A DNA stretch of 64,000 nucleotides from a virus. Both the position numbers and the translations under genes were made by a program. How positions within the stretch are numbered: position 1 is the first letter of the stretch; each line of letters opens with the position of its first letter. A model generated the notes under the pieces. That model was given only the letters and a program-made list of their open reading frames with translations, had not been told where the DNA came from and made no database searches. Below, in pieces: positions 27,263 through 36,568 of the stretch. Where the stretch lies: the IMG/VR virus record IMGVR_UViG_3300043411_002995, positions 1 through 64,000 of that record, one strand, 5' to 3'.

Positions 27263-28590
27263 TGGACATCCAAGATCAGATGAAGGCGCGGCTCGCCGCG
27301 TACAGCGAGTTCCTCACCAAGCTCTCGCACAATGGGGTGGTGACCGACCTCGAGGCCGAGCAGCTGCGGCGCCTCGCCACCTTCCTCGCTCCGGTCGAGG
27401 TCGAGGCCGAGCCCGAGAACGAGGACACCCAGGGCCTCAACCGCTGGTCGGTTCGTGACTGGGCCAAACGGCCGCGGCAGACCGGAATGGAGCAGCAGAA
27501 CGAGAAGGTGGTGCTCGAGCTCCTCAACCTGTTCGCCGGGTACGAGATCCCCTTCTACATCCGCGACAAGCACGGCGAGAAGACCGGGCGGGAGTACTCG
27601 ACGCCCGAGCGGCTCGCCATGCTCAGGAAGAAGTTCGACGACCTGGCCGTGGTCGCGAAGGACGCGAACAAGCGCGCCGCCGAGACGCAGGCGCTGATCG
27701 ACCAGCACCGGGTAGCCCACGCGGCCGCGCTGGCCGAGCTCGGCACCCAACTCGGCGCCTCTGACGAGATCAACACAGCAGTCGCGCGGGCGCGCGTCAT
27801 CCTCACGAACGTCGAGCGCGCCGACGATCCGGTGCAGTACGGGGAGCCGGACGACCGCGGGGTGCGCATGGTGACGATCGACGCTCGCGGCGTGGTGCTG
27901 CGGCTGTGCATGCAGCGCATCGTCCACGACCTGACGCCGGACCAGAAGATCTGCGACACGTGCCTGGGTCTCGGGCTGATCAAGTGCGGTTCGAGGTACG
28001 CGCACGGTGAGCGCAAGCCGTACGAGGACGCCTACCCCTACCAGCAGCAGTGGCTCCGGAATTGCCCGGACTGCTACATGGGCGTGGCGTACCTGTGCCC
28101 GCTCTGCCGGGCGGTGATCCCGCGTGGCCGCACGGCGTGCGAGTGCAGGGCGGCCCGGGACGCGCGGGCGCTGGCCGACTACGAGAAGGAGATGAAGCGG
28201 CGGGAGACGCTGCCGCGGATCTTGCTCAACGCCTACGAGCACCCGGTGGTGTGGTGCGACGACACGGACACGTTCGTCAACGTCGATCACATCCACGGTC
28301 ACCTCGAGGAGCACCCCGACGCGACGTTCTTCGCCTGCGAGCCGAGCGCCCAGCTGACGAAGCCCGAGGCCTGGGAGATCATCGAGAGGCTGTGCGATGA
28401 CGCGATGGCGGAGGTCGACCCCGAGGACAGCGATGCCGTCCTCGACGTCGTGAAGGAGGGGGCGGCCGAACTCGACGCGTTCCTCGAGGTGTGGGCCAAG
28501 AAGTACGTCACGGCCCGGGACCTGTACTACCCCAACATGAAGCTGATCGTGGAGGTTGTCCGTGGAGAGTCCGACGACGCACCAGTGTGA
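27262..28590 (+). CDS. Hypothetical protein with DnaJ-like CxxCxGxG zinc motifs
   Basis: CDTCLGLG, CPDCYMG, CPLC, CEC; GGAGG RBS. Confidence 0.7.
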   Translation: MDIQDQMKARLAAYSEFLTKLSHNGVVTDLEAEQLRRLATFLAPVEVEAEPENEDTQGLNRWSVRDWAKRPRQTGMEQQNEKVVLELLNLFAGYEIPFYIRDKHGEKTGREYSTPERLAMLRKKFDDLAVVAKDANKRAAETQALIDQHRVAHAAALAELGTQLGASDEINTAVARARVILTNVERADDPVQYGEPDDRGVRMVTIDARGVVLRLCMQRIVHDLTPDQKICDTCLGLGLIKCGSRYAHGERKPYEDAYPYQQQWLRNCPDCYMGVAYLCPLCRAVIPRGRTACECRAARDARALADYEKEMKRRETLPRILLNAYEHPVVWCDDTDTFVNVDHIHGHLEEHPDATFFACEPSAQLTKPEAWEIIERLCDDAMAEVDPEDSDAVLDVVKEGAAELDAFLEVWAKKYVTARDLYYPNMKLIVEVVRGESDDAPV

Positions 28591-28978
28591 GTACTGCGGG
28601 ATCACCATCCCCGTGGAGCGCTTCCACGCCGAGCCCAAGGCCTGCATCAACGCCCTGCGCAAGGCGCTGCTCCGCCAGCGCCAGATCGCCGAGCACCTGT
28701 CCTACGAGATCTCGGTCCGCTACCTGGCCGTCCTCGAGGAGCTGGCGCAGAACCCTGGCGACCAGGTCGGCTTCTTCACCATCGGGCCGGACGGGACCAA
28801 GGTCCGACACGCGCCGCAGCAGGTCGCCGGCATCTTCGCGGCGATCTTGATGCGCTACCGGGTGTCGTGCGACTGGACGCCGTTGCACGACGCCAAGCGG
28901 CGGATCGAGGAGCTCGAGGCGGAGAACGCCGAACTCAGGCGGCGCGCAGCTCCTCCACCCGATCCTGCTGGTTCGTGA
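28556..28978 (+). CDS. Hypothetical protein
   Basis: CEYCG; coiled-coil C-terminus; start uncertain. Confidence 0.6.
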   Translation: MSVESPTTHQCEYCGITIPVERFHAEPKACINALRKALLRQRQIAEHLSYEISVRYLAVLEELAQNPGDQVGFFTIGPDGTKVRHAPQQVAGIFAAILMRYRVSCDWTPLHDAKRRIEELEAENAELRRRAAPPPDPAGS

Positions 28979-29528
28979 TCTCGCCGGCGTTGATGCGGCG
29001 CTGGGTCTCCATGGCCCAGGCGTAGGCGGCGCGCCGGCGCCACATGAAGATGTAGGCGGCGCCGCCGAAGACCTCCGCCAGCCAGACGGCGTTGCGCTCC
29101 ATCTGGTGGTCGGAGATCTTGCCGTACAGCTCGAACTGGACGAGCAGGGTCTGCGTGTAGCCGGCGCGCTCGAAGCGCGCGCGCAGCGTCCACAGGATGG
29201 GCAGGATGAGCAGGTAGCTCAGCCCGAAGAGGACGTGGTTCACGGGCCACAGCCGGCGGCCGAGGGGCCAGCAGTGCGCCTGGGCGACGTGGACCTTCTC
29301 GTGACGCAGGATGGCGTACTTGCCGTCGTTGCTGTGGTCGTCCCACGCGTCGCTGACGTAGACCGTGGAGCCGACCGTGGTGGTGACGGCGGACGCGTTC
29401 TGGCCGGTCAGCTTGCTGAGCAGCCAGAAGACCGGCCGCAGCCATGAGCTGCGGCGGGGCTTGATCGTGAAGCGCGGGAACTCGGCGCGCATCTGGCGCC
29501 GCAGGATCTCGAACCGGTTGACGGACAT
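28935..29528 (-). CDS. Membrane-associated HExxH zinc metallopeptidase-like protein (DUF4157-like)
   Basis: TTVGSTVY, ILRHEKVHVAQ, hydrophobic segment LFGLSYLLILPILW, RFERAGY; AGGAGG RBS. Confidence 0.7.
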   Translation of the reverse strand: MSVNRFEILRRQMRAEFPRFTIKPRRSSWLRPVFWLLSKLTGQNASAVTTTVGSTVYVSDAWDDHSNDGKYAILRHEKVHVAQAHCWPLGRRLWPVNHVLFGLSYLLILPILWTLRARFERAGYTQTLLVQFELYGKISDHQMERNAVWLAEVFGGAAYIFMWRRRAAYAWAMETQRRINAGEITNQQDRVEELRAA

Positions 29529-29544
29529 CGTGACCTCCTAGATC

Positions 29545-29553
29545 GGGCATAAG
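29545..29553 (+). promoter_or_regulatory. GGGCAYAAG motif, copy 4 (antisense to the island genes)
   Basis: GGGCATAAG in an intergenic gap, followed by hairpin CGGCACCC...GGGTGCCG at 29562-29588. Confidence 0.3.
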
Positions 29554-29614
29554 GGAGGTGACGGCACCCCAGCGATGCCAGGGTGCCGATCTGTGATGGG
29601 CCCGATCGTGGAGA

Positions 29615-30016
29615 TCAGGCGCGGACGCCGCCGTAGCCGGGGCGCAGGTTCCAGTCCGGGCTGACCCAGATGAGCTGGCCGCGCTGGCCGGCGGTGGCGA
29701 GCGTCCAGGTGGTGCCGCTGGCCAGGTTGGCCGGGGTGATGACCACGGTGCCGGCGCCGGTCTTGGTGCGGAAGATGACGTTGAGCGTCTCGCCGTTGAT
29801 CGTGCCGTCGGCCAGGGTCATGGCCATGCCGGGCGTGGCCGAGTCGATGATCGCGAAGCCGTCCGTCGGGCTGATCGCCCCGGCGGCGCTGTAGACCGTG
29901 GTCTTCAGCGCGTCGAGGTAGTCGTCGAGGTCATCGAACTTGGTCTTGAGCGCGGTGGCGCGGGACAGCTTGATGGGGACGCGGACTTGAGCGAGCGTGA
30001 GCTTCGTGCGGGCCAT
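29615..30016 (-). CDS. Putative virion surface/decoration protein, paralog of the adjacent repeat protein
   Basis: Shares RTK.T..QVR, KFDD.DDYLDA, VY.AAGAISP, AMTLADGT, PAN and R..L.W with 30079-32307; AAGGAG RBS. Confidence 0.65.
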   Translation of the reverse strand: MARTKLTLAQVRVPIKLSRATALKTKFDDLDDYLDALKTTVYSAAGAISPTDGFAIIDSATPGMAMTLADGTINGETLNVIFRTKTGAGTVVITPANLASGTTWTLATAGQRGQLIWVSPDWNLRPGYGGVRA

Positions 30017-30078
30017 GTGGGTCTCCTTCGGAGGTCATGGTAGGGACGGCAGGACGCCGCCCTACGCCCAGGGGTTGA

Positions 30079-32307
30079 TCAGACGACGGGGTCGATGGCG
30101 GTGATGGTCTTGTAGGCCAGCTGCAGGACGCGGACGGGCAGGGTCGCCGCCGCGGTGAGCTGGATCTCGGTGTTGGCCGCCGCGTTGGGCTGGCTCGAGG
30201 CCACCTGGAGCTCGTTGACGTCGGCGCCGACGATCGCGTAGTAGGTGGTGGCCGGCAGCAGGCCGGTGGGCAGCGCCCCGCCGTTGTGCGCCTCGACCCG
30301 GACCGTCGCCTCGTCCGGGATGCCGTGGGCGGTGATGGTGAAGTCGTTGCCGAGGTCGTTGACGTCGGTGGCCGGCAGCCCGCCCGGCTCCCAGAGCTCC
30401 ATCGTGCCCGACCCGTCGTCGTCGAAGGCGACGGCGGTGCCGGCGAGCGCGTTGTCCTCGGACGTCGCCACCTTGAAGATGTCGTCGGTGACCCGGATGA
30501 CCCAGTAGAGGGTGCCGGCGACCAGGTTGAGCGGCAGGTCGCCGCCCTTGAGGACGATCGGACCATCGCCGGTGACGAAGCCGTGCGCGACCGAGGTGAG
30601 GCGGTCGGTCGCGTTGGCCGCGGCGGTGATGGTGTGGGAGTTGGTGCCGGTGGTGTAGAGCACCATCGCCCCCGACCCGTCGTCGTCGAACGTGACCTCG
30701 GTGAGCGCGATCGCGTTGGCGTGGGTGGTCGCCAGCTGGAAGGTGTCCGCACCGGTCTCGATGATCCAGTAGTCGGTCGCCTCGAGCAGGTTGAGCGGCA
30801 GGTCGGCGCCCTTGAGTCGCACGGGGCCATCGCCGGTGGCGAAGCCGTGGCCCACGATCGTGAGCTCCTCGGTGCCGTTGGCCGCGGCGGTGATGGCGGC
30901 GACGGGCGAGATCGAGACCACGCCGACGCCGGGGGTGGTCAGGTTGACGAACGTGTTGGCCAGGGCGTTGCCGTTCGAGGTGGCGACCTGGAGGCGGTCG
31001 TCGTCGATGCGGATGGCGTAGTAGTCGGTGAGCGCCGCCAGCCCGGTCGGGATGGTGGTGGTCGCCGCGACGTAGAACGGGCCGTCGCCGGTGGCGAAGC
31101 CGTGGCCGGGGATGGTGAGGTAGTCGTTCCAGTGGTCGATCGACTCGGCCTCGATCAGTCGGGTGAGGGTGATGGTGCCCGCACCGGCGCTGGTCACGGT
31201 GACGGGGATGAGGCCGGCGGCGTTGTCCGCCGAGCTGGCCAGGAGGAACTTGTCGACGGTGAGCCGGATGATCCAGTACGGGGTGAGCGCCGCCAGCCCG
31301 GTCGGGATGGTGACGGTGGCGTCGATGTAGAACGGGCCGTCGCCGGTCACGAGGCCGTGGCCGACGCTGGTCATCTCACCGCCGACGGTGGCGGTGCCGG
31401 TGCCCTTGGCGGCCCAGGCGGTGCCCGACCAGACGAGGCGGGCGCGGTCGCCCTCGTCGTCGAGGTCGAGGTAGGTGCCGCCGGTGAAGTTGGCGGGCGC
31501 GACACGCGCGCTGCCGTTGGCGGCGGCCACGGTCCGGTAGGCGAGCTCCTGCAGGAAGAGGTCGCCGGTGCCGTTGGCGGTCAGGTTGATCTGGGTGCCG
31601 GCCAGGGCGTCGTTCTCGTCGGCGGCGAGCTGGATCGTGTCGTCGTCGATGCGGATGATCCAGTAGTCGGTGCCCTTCGTCAGGGGCTCGGGCACCGCCA
31701 GGGTCGAGCCGATCTGCACGGGGCCGTCGCCGGTCGCGAAGCCGTGCGTCGCGATGGTGATCTCGTCGGTGCCGTGGACGACGGCGTCGATCGGGCTGAC
31801 TCGGGTGAGGGTGATGGTGCCCGCACCGGCGCTGGTGACGTCGACGGCCGTGCCGGCGTTGGCCAGGAGCCGGGAGGTGGCGAGCTTGATCTGGTAGGCC
31901 GACGCGTCGATGATGTAGTAGTCCGCCTCGGCGTGGAGGCCGCCCGGCAGCTGGTTGGTCGACGACGAGATCCAGAACGGGCCGGCGCCGGTGCCGAGCT
32001 CGTGGTTGTCGATGGTGAGGGTGTCCCCGGCGGGGTCGACGGCCGCGACGGTGGAGCGGTCGCGGAGCTTGAGCAGGATCTGCTCGTTGGCGATCGTGCC
32101 ATCGGCCAGGGTCATGGCCTGGCGCGGCACGCTGGCGTCGATGAGGGCGAGGCTGACGTTGGGGCTGATCGCCCCGGCGGCGGTGTAGACCGCGACGCCG
32201 GCGGCGTCGAGGTAGTCATCGAAGTCGTCGAACTTCGCCTTCAGGATCTGGGCGTTGAGGGCGGCGACGGGGCTGCGGACCTGCTTGACGGTGACCTTGG
32301 TGCGCAT
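30079..32307 (-). CDS. Putative virion fibre/appendage protein with about seven beta-rich tandem repeats (HGF.TGDGP; FCCH-like)
   Basis: Repeated HG(F/L)xTGDGP...LP..L...TDYW.I....D..QLATS..NA.AGT units; Thr/Gly/Ala-rich; GAAAGGA RBS. Confidence 0.7.
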   Translation of the reverse strand: MRTKVTVKQVRSPVAALNAQILKAKFDDFDDYLDAAGVAVYTAAGAISPNVSLALIDASVPRQAMTLADGTIANEQILLKLRDRSTVAAVDPAGDTLTIDNHELGTGAGPFWISSSTNQLPGGLHAEADYYIIDASAYQIKLATSRLLANAGTAVDVTSAGAGTITLTRVSPIDAVVHGTDEITIATHGFATGDGPVQIGSTLAVPEPLTKGTDYWIIRIDDDTIQLAADENDALAGTQINLTANGTGDLFLQELAYRTVAAANGSARVAPANFTGGTYLDLDDEGDRARLVWSGTAWAAKGTGTATVGGEMTSVGHGLVTGDGPFYIDATVTIPTGLAALTPYWIIRLTVDKFLLASSADNAAGLIPVTVTSAGAGTITLTRLIEAESIDHWNDYLTIPGHGFATGDGPFYVAATTTIPTGLAALTDYYAIRIDDDRLQVATSNGNALANTFVNLTTPGVGVVSISPVAAITAAANGTEELTIVGHGFATGDGPVRLKGADLPLNLLEATDYWIIETGADTFQLATTHANAIALTEVTFDDDGSGAMVLYTTGTNSHTITAAANATDRLTSVAHGFVTGDGPIVLKGGDLPLNLVAGTLYWVIRVTDDIFKVATSEDNALAGTAVAFDDDGSGTMELWEPGGLPATDVNDLGNDFTITAHGIPDEATVRVEAHNGGALPTGLLPATTYYAIVGADVNELQVASSQPNAAANTEIQLTAAATLPVRVLQLAYKTITAIDPVV
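31027..31836. repeat. Exact intragenic DNA repeats: 31 bp (31027-31057 = 31282-31312) and 36 bp (31159-31194 = 31801-31836)
   Basis: Direct sequence comparison. Confidence 0.8.
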
Positions 32308-32441
32308 GGTGTCCTTTCGAGTGTCCACGCGACGGAAGTGATCCGTCGCACCAATGCCCACAGTATCCGTTGGGCGCTGGCATACGTCAATCGTACCGGG
32401 AGGGTGAGATGTACCTGGATGATCGAGGTGATTCTCGAGTC

Positions 32442-32783
32442 ATGGGGCAACAGAAGCTGCGCGAGGCGCAGGCTTGGTGGGAGTCGTGGGCGAGGGCGAT
32501 CCACAAGTACCGCTGCTGGGCGGTGGTCTTCATCTCGAGGCAGTACGCCCTGCACCGGCTGGATCAAATCTACGGCAAGTCGGAGACAGTAGCGCAGGCC
32601 ACGAATCTGATCAACGCGCGGAACGCGGCCCACGACTTCATGCTCATCGCGGACGAGGCCGCGCGCGCCTCGTCGGCCTGCGCCGTGGCCTGCGAGAACA
32701 TGGCCCGCACCTACTTCGAGGACTACGAGAACCGCGAGGAGCTCGGGGCCTTGGACTACGAGGAGGACGATCTCTATGCGTGA
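32442..32783 (+). CDS. Hypothetical protein
   Basis: Codon bias; start could be 32409. Confidence 0.6.
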   Translation: MGQQKLREAQAWWESWARAIHKYRCWAVVFISRQYALHRLDQIYGKSETVAQATNLINARNAAHDFMLIADEAARASSACAVACENMARTYFEDYENREELGALDYEEDDLYA

Positions 32784-33678
32784 GGGCAACCTCGAGTGCT
32801 GGGACACGGTGTGGAACCCGGTGCGGGGCTGCACGCCCGTCTCGATCGGATGCGAGAACTGCATCGCGGCGCGCCAGGCCGGCTACCTGGAGCGGTACCG
32901 CGCGGGCGGGGCCTACGATGGCCTGGTGCGGTGGGACCTCGGCGCCAGGCCGACATGGACGGGGCGGTCCACGAGCGACCCCGAGAAGCTCATGGAGCCG
33001 CTGATGTGGTCGCGCCCCCGCCGCGTCCTGGTGTGCAACGCCGGCGATCTCTTCGGCCCGCGGGTGCCCGACGGCTTCATCAGCGACGTGTTCATGTCGA
33101 TGGCGATGAACGAGCAGCACACGTTCTACGTGGCGACGAAGTACGCGCTGCAGATGGAGCAGTGGTTCGGCAGCTGGGCGTGCAAGACGGTGATGGACCT
33201 CGCCGCCGCGACCAACCGAGAGTGGCCGCTGCCCAACGTCTGGATGGGGATCAGCGCCGAGAACCAGTCGATGCTGGACACGCGCGCCGCGCACCTGGTC
33301 GCGGTCCCGGCAGCCCACCGCTTCCTGTTGCTCGAGCCGCTGCTCGGCCCCATGGAACTCGAGCGCGTGGAGTGCCCGGTGATGCGCGAGGAGACGTGCG
33401 CGTTGTGCTCCGACGGGCTCATGAGCGGGCCGATCACCTGTTGCGCCAACGGCTACTACAACTTGCTGGAGGAGGGCATCGATTGGGTCGTAGCTGGATG
33501 CGAGACTGGCCCACGGACGCGCATCCGGGGAACGATGGACAAGTGGGTGCGCGAGATCCGAGATCAATGCGAAGCGAACAACATCCCGTTCTTCTACAAG
33601 CAGGCCCTGGGCCGGCAGGGGCAGCGTGTCTCCCTGCCGCTGCTCGACAACCGCCAGTGGATGGAGACCCCCGTATGA
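32776..33678 (+). CDS. DUF5131 / phage Gp37-Gp68 family (radical-SAM-like) protein
   Basis: WNPVRGCTPVSIGCENC, GDLF, HTF...TK, WPLPNVWMGISAENQ, EPLLG, IDWVVAG.E.G, PFFYKQ. Confidence 0.88.
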   Translation: MREGNLECWDTVWNPVRGCTPVSIGCENCIAARQAGYLERYRAGGAYDGLVRWDLGARPTWTGRSTSDPEKLMEPLMWSRPRRVLVCNAGDLFGPRVPDGFISDVFMSMAMNEQHTFYVATKYALQMEQWFGSWACKTVMDLAAATNREWPLPNVWMGISAENQSMLDTRAAHLVAVPAAHRFLLLEPLLGPMELERVECPVMREETCALCSDGLMSGPITCCANGYYNLLEEGIDWVVAGCETGPRTRIRGTMDKWVREIRDQCEANNIPFFYKQALGRQGQRVSLPLLDNRQWMETPV

Positions 33679-33986
33679 GCAACCCCGACCAGCCGGCCGC
33701 GGTCACCCCGCCGCCGGCGACCACCGAGCAACCGCCCCCTGCCGAACCGCCCTTGCCCCCGATGCGGCCGATCGCCCCGGAGGTGCAAGCGCTGCTCGCG
33801 CGGGGCCGGCTGATCCAAGAGAGCCTCAGCAGCATCCGGGCTGTCATCGTCGACAGCGTCAAGGAGTTGGTCGAGGCCTACCCGGGCTACAAGAAGCAGA
33901 TCGCCGAGGTGCTCGAGGGCGAGTGCCAGCGCCTGCTGCGGGAGGTGCACCAAGAGAACCAGGAGGCACGGCGTGGGTCGCGGTAG
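33675..33986 (+). CDS. Hypothetical protein with Pro-rich N-terminus
   Basis: ATGA overlap. Confidence 0.6.
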   Translation: MSNPDQPAAVTPPPATTEQPPPAEPPLPPMRPIAPEVQALLARGRLIQESLSSIRAVIVDSVKELVEAYPGYKKQIAEVLEGECQRLLREVHQENQEARRGSR

Positions 33987-34617
33987 ATACCTCTGCTTCG
34001 AGGGGGTCAACGGCTGCGGCAAGAGCACGGTGACCGCGACCGTCGAAGCGGAGATCATCGCAGCCGGACACCGCGTCTGTCCGATCATGTTCCCCTCGGG
34101 GCGCTCGACGGCCGGCATGCTCGTCCGGTCGTACCTGCGGGGTGATCAGGAGCTGCAGAACCCGAAGGCGATGATCTACCTCTACACCGCGGACGCCCAC
34201 CTGGTGGATCCGTGGCTGCGCGCCAACCTGGCCAGCGGCATGCACGTGGTGGCCGACCGTCACACGAACATCTCGGGGCGGGTCTACCAGCTCGCGCACC
34301 ACACGAAGGAGCACATCGAGCAGCTCTGCGCGACGACGGATCTGATGGTCCCGGACGACCTGTTCATCATCGACGTGCCCGTGGAGGTGGCGCTCGAGCG
34401 GATACAGATGCGAGCGAAGTACGAGTCGAAGCACTACGAGACCAAGGAGGTGGCGCTGTTCGAGGAGTACCGCGCGCGCTACCTGGAGTTGGCGTCGACC
34501 GCGGCGGCCCGCGGTCTGGCGCAGCGCTGCCACGTGCTCAACGGGATGTGGCGGCCGTCGGAACTGGCGGTCAGGGTGTTCGAACTCCTGGGTCTTGGTC
34601 GCGAGGCCCTGGGATGA
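33973..34617 (+). CDS. tmk: Thymidylate (dTMP) kinase
   Basis: FEGVNGCGKST, FP, VVADR..ISG.VYQ, PDDLFIIDVPVEVALERI, YE. Confidence 0.88.
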   Translation: MGRGRYLCFEGVNGCGKSTVTATVEAEIIAAGHRVCPIMFPSGRSTAGMLVRSYLRGDQELQNPKAMIYLYTADAHLVDPWLRANLASGMHVVADRHTNISGRVYQLAHHTKEHIEQLCATTDLMVPDDLFIIDVPVEVALERIQMRAKYESKHYETKEVALFEEYRARYLELASTAAARGLAQRCHVLNGMWRPSELAVRVFELLGLGREALG

Positions 34618-34751
34618 GGAGTGATGCGATGCAGGGATACCGGAAGGAGTGGAAGGGCCCGCGGTGGCCCCTCACCCACACGGGCACGGTGGCGCTGGTG
34701 GTGCTGGTGGTGGTGCTGATCCTGCTGCTGGCTTGGTGGTTGACACCCTGA
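34614..34751 (+). CDS. Small single-pass membrane protein
   Basis: ATGA overlap; VALVVLVVVLILLLAWW. Confidence 0.5.
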   Translation: MRSDAMQGYRKEWKGPRWPLTHTGTVALVVLVVVLILLLAWWLTP

Positions 34752-34775
34752 GGCCTCGGGCGTAACCATCCACGG

Positions 34776-34961
34776 ATGGCAAAGACCGCTGGATCTACGG
34801 ACGCATCTACGGAGGCCGTTCGGAACATCCACGTGGGAGCGCCCGAGAGCTTCCACCGCCGGCTGAAGGTGGCGTGTGCGAAGCGCGGGGTGAAGCTGAA
34901 GGAGTACGTGCTGGCCGCGCTGCAGGAGAAGGTCGAGCGCGACGAGAAGGCCGGCCGGTGA
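34776..34961 (+). CDS. Ribbon-helix-helix DNA-binding protein
   Basis: NIHV..PESFHRRLKVACAKRGVKLKEYVLAAL; TTGACA-17-TAACCA upstream. Confidence 0.7.
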   Translation: MAKTAGSTDASTEAVRNIHVGAPESFHRRLKVACAKRGVKLKEYVLAALQEKVERDEKAGR

Positions 34962-35494
34962 GCTGCGCCCGCTGCGGGTCGCAACGCCTCTTCCAGTTCG
35001 AGGCGAGCAAGAGCGCGGTGGTGCCGGAGACGTTGCCGCTGGTCTGCCGCGACTGCGGGCAGATCTCGATCGGTGGCACCGCCGTCCACTTCCCGCCAGC
35101 GATGGAGCAGCACGCCAAGGATCTGGCGGAGCTCGCCGGTGTGGCGGGCAAGGAGGCCAAGGAGGAACTGCTGGCCGATCCGGACCAGCGCATCGAGATC
35201 TACTTCGCGAACGTCTACCGGCGCGCCTACCTCGAGGGGTTCTGGCGCGCCTTGTTGTTCTGGCGCCACAACGGGAAGGAGGGGCGCCTGCGGCGCGTGC
35301 GCGAGCTGTGGGGTGATCATCGCCCCATGGCGCAGCTCGCCGAGAGCGTGCGCATCGCCATCGACCTGCCGAAGACCGCGTATGATGAGCTCCGGCAGCT
35401 GCTCGAGCTCGGAGACCACCATGCCCCGCGTCCTGCGAACGAGCGTCCGTCCCCACCGCCCCGTCGTCCACGAGTGCCGCGACGAACGCGGTGA
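34958..35494 (+). CDS. Hypothetical protein with N-terminal zinc ribbon
   Basis: CARCG...CRDCG; GTGA overlap. Confidence 0.65.
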   Translation: MSCARCGSQRLFQFEASKSAVVPETLPLVCRDCGQISIGGTAVHFPPAMEQHAKDLAELAGVAGKEAKEELLADPDQRIEIYFANVYRRAYLEGFWRALLFWRHNGKEGRLRRVRELWGDHRPMAQLAESVRIAIDLPKTAYDELRQLLELGDHHAPRPANERPSPPPRRPRVPRRTR

Positions 35495-35618
35495 GCGGAT
35501 CCAACGCGAGGGACGTTCCAACACCCGCTGCACGTTCTGCGGCACCCAACTCGTCTACGTGTTCGACAACACGCCCAAGAAGCTGCCAACCGTTCGGAGA
35601 CGCACATGGCCCAGATAG
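35421..35618 (+). CDS. Small zinc-binding hypothetical protein
   Basis: HEC...CTFCG; GGAG RBS. Confidence 0.45.
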   Translation: MPRVLRTSVRPHRPVVHECRDERGERIQREGRSNTRCTFCGTQLVYVFDNTPKKLPTVRRRTWPR

Positions 35619-36001
35619 TCGTCCGCAAGTTCACCTGCGATCGCTGCAAGAAGCCCTACAACGAGACCGAGACCGACGCTGCTGTCGACGCCCAGTCGCA
35701 CAAGCCGAAGGTGATCCTCAGCCTCGAGTCGCACATCCCGAACGAGAAGGCGCTGACCTCGCCGGAGGTCGTCAAGTTCGAGGACCTGTGCCCCAAGTGC
35801 CAGGGCCGCGTGCTCGACCTGGTCTACCAGATCCGCCTGGAGAAGGTGGAGACCGAGCCCAAGGCGGAGGCTTCGGTCGGCGATCCGGTGCCGGCGGCCG
35901 CGGACCCCACCGTGAAGGTGGACAAGCCGCCCGAGAAGACGGACAACAAGCAGAAGGGCCCTCGCGCCGGCAGTTCGGCGGAGCCCACCACCCCGCACTG
36001 A
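35606..36001 (+). CDS. Zinc-finger hypothetical protein
   Basis: CDRC...DLCPKC; GGAG RBS. Confidence 0.7.
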   Translation: MAQIVVRKFTCDRCKKPYNETETDAAVDAQSHKPKVILSLESHIPNEKALTSPEVVKFEDLCPKCQGRVLDLVYQIRLEKVETEPKAEASVGDPVPAAADPTVKVDKPPEKTDNKQKGPRAGSSAEPTTPH

Positions 36002-36018
36002 ACCGAGGAGAGACCGCG

Positions 36019-36141
<123 letters not shown>

Positions 36142-36168
36142 CCACCCTCACCATCAGCCGCGTACGAC

Positions 36169-36198
36169 GGGGGGCCATGCGCCCCCCTTCGTTTTTTT
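36169..36198 (+). terminator. Intrinsic terminator
   Basis: GGGGGG-CCATGCG-CCCCCC then TTCGTTTTTTT. Confidence 0.6.
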
Positions 36199-36246
36199 AC
36201 CCATCGCTTGACAGTCATACCGGGTGTGACTGAGTATGAGCGGCAG

Positions 36247-36558
36247 ATGGAAGACCAGCTCTTCGGCGTTCCTGTCACTCGCGACCTGCCGTGCACGCTC
36301 ACCGAGCCCGCGTTGCGCGAGGCCACCGCGCAGAAGGCGGAGATCGAGGACTGCGGCCTGACGATCGTGCGCGTCCACATGGTGGCGCCGGACCAGCCGT
36401 TGCGGTTCTTCATCAAGTTCAAGCCCGGGCAGCCGTCCTTCGCCACGCGGGGCAAGCTCGAGGCGCTCGGATACTCCGTGCGCCAGAAGATGAGCGACAA
36501 GGACCTCTGCTTCTACGCCGTGAAGAGCGTGGTCGAGACCAAGGGCTGGGACGTCTAG
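36247..36558 (+). CDS. Hypothetical protein
   Basis: Codon bias; start uncertain (GTG 36226 possible); TTGACA and palindrome CAGTCA...TGACTG at 36208-36232. Confidence 0.6.
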   Translation: MEDQLFGVPVTRDLPCTLTEPALREATAQKAEIEDCGLTIVRVHMVAPDQPLRFFIKFKPGQPSFATRGKLEALGYSVRQKMSDKDLCFYAVKSVVETKGWDV

Positions 36559-36568
36559 GAGCCAACCG

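Noticed and set aside
30079-32307. Exact DNA repeats as DGR template/variable repeats or a CRISPR array
   Set aside because: Repeats are in-frame parts of protein repeats; there are no adenine-specific mismatches, no reverse transcriptase and no regular spacers
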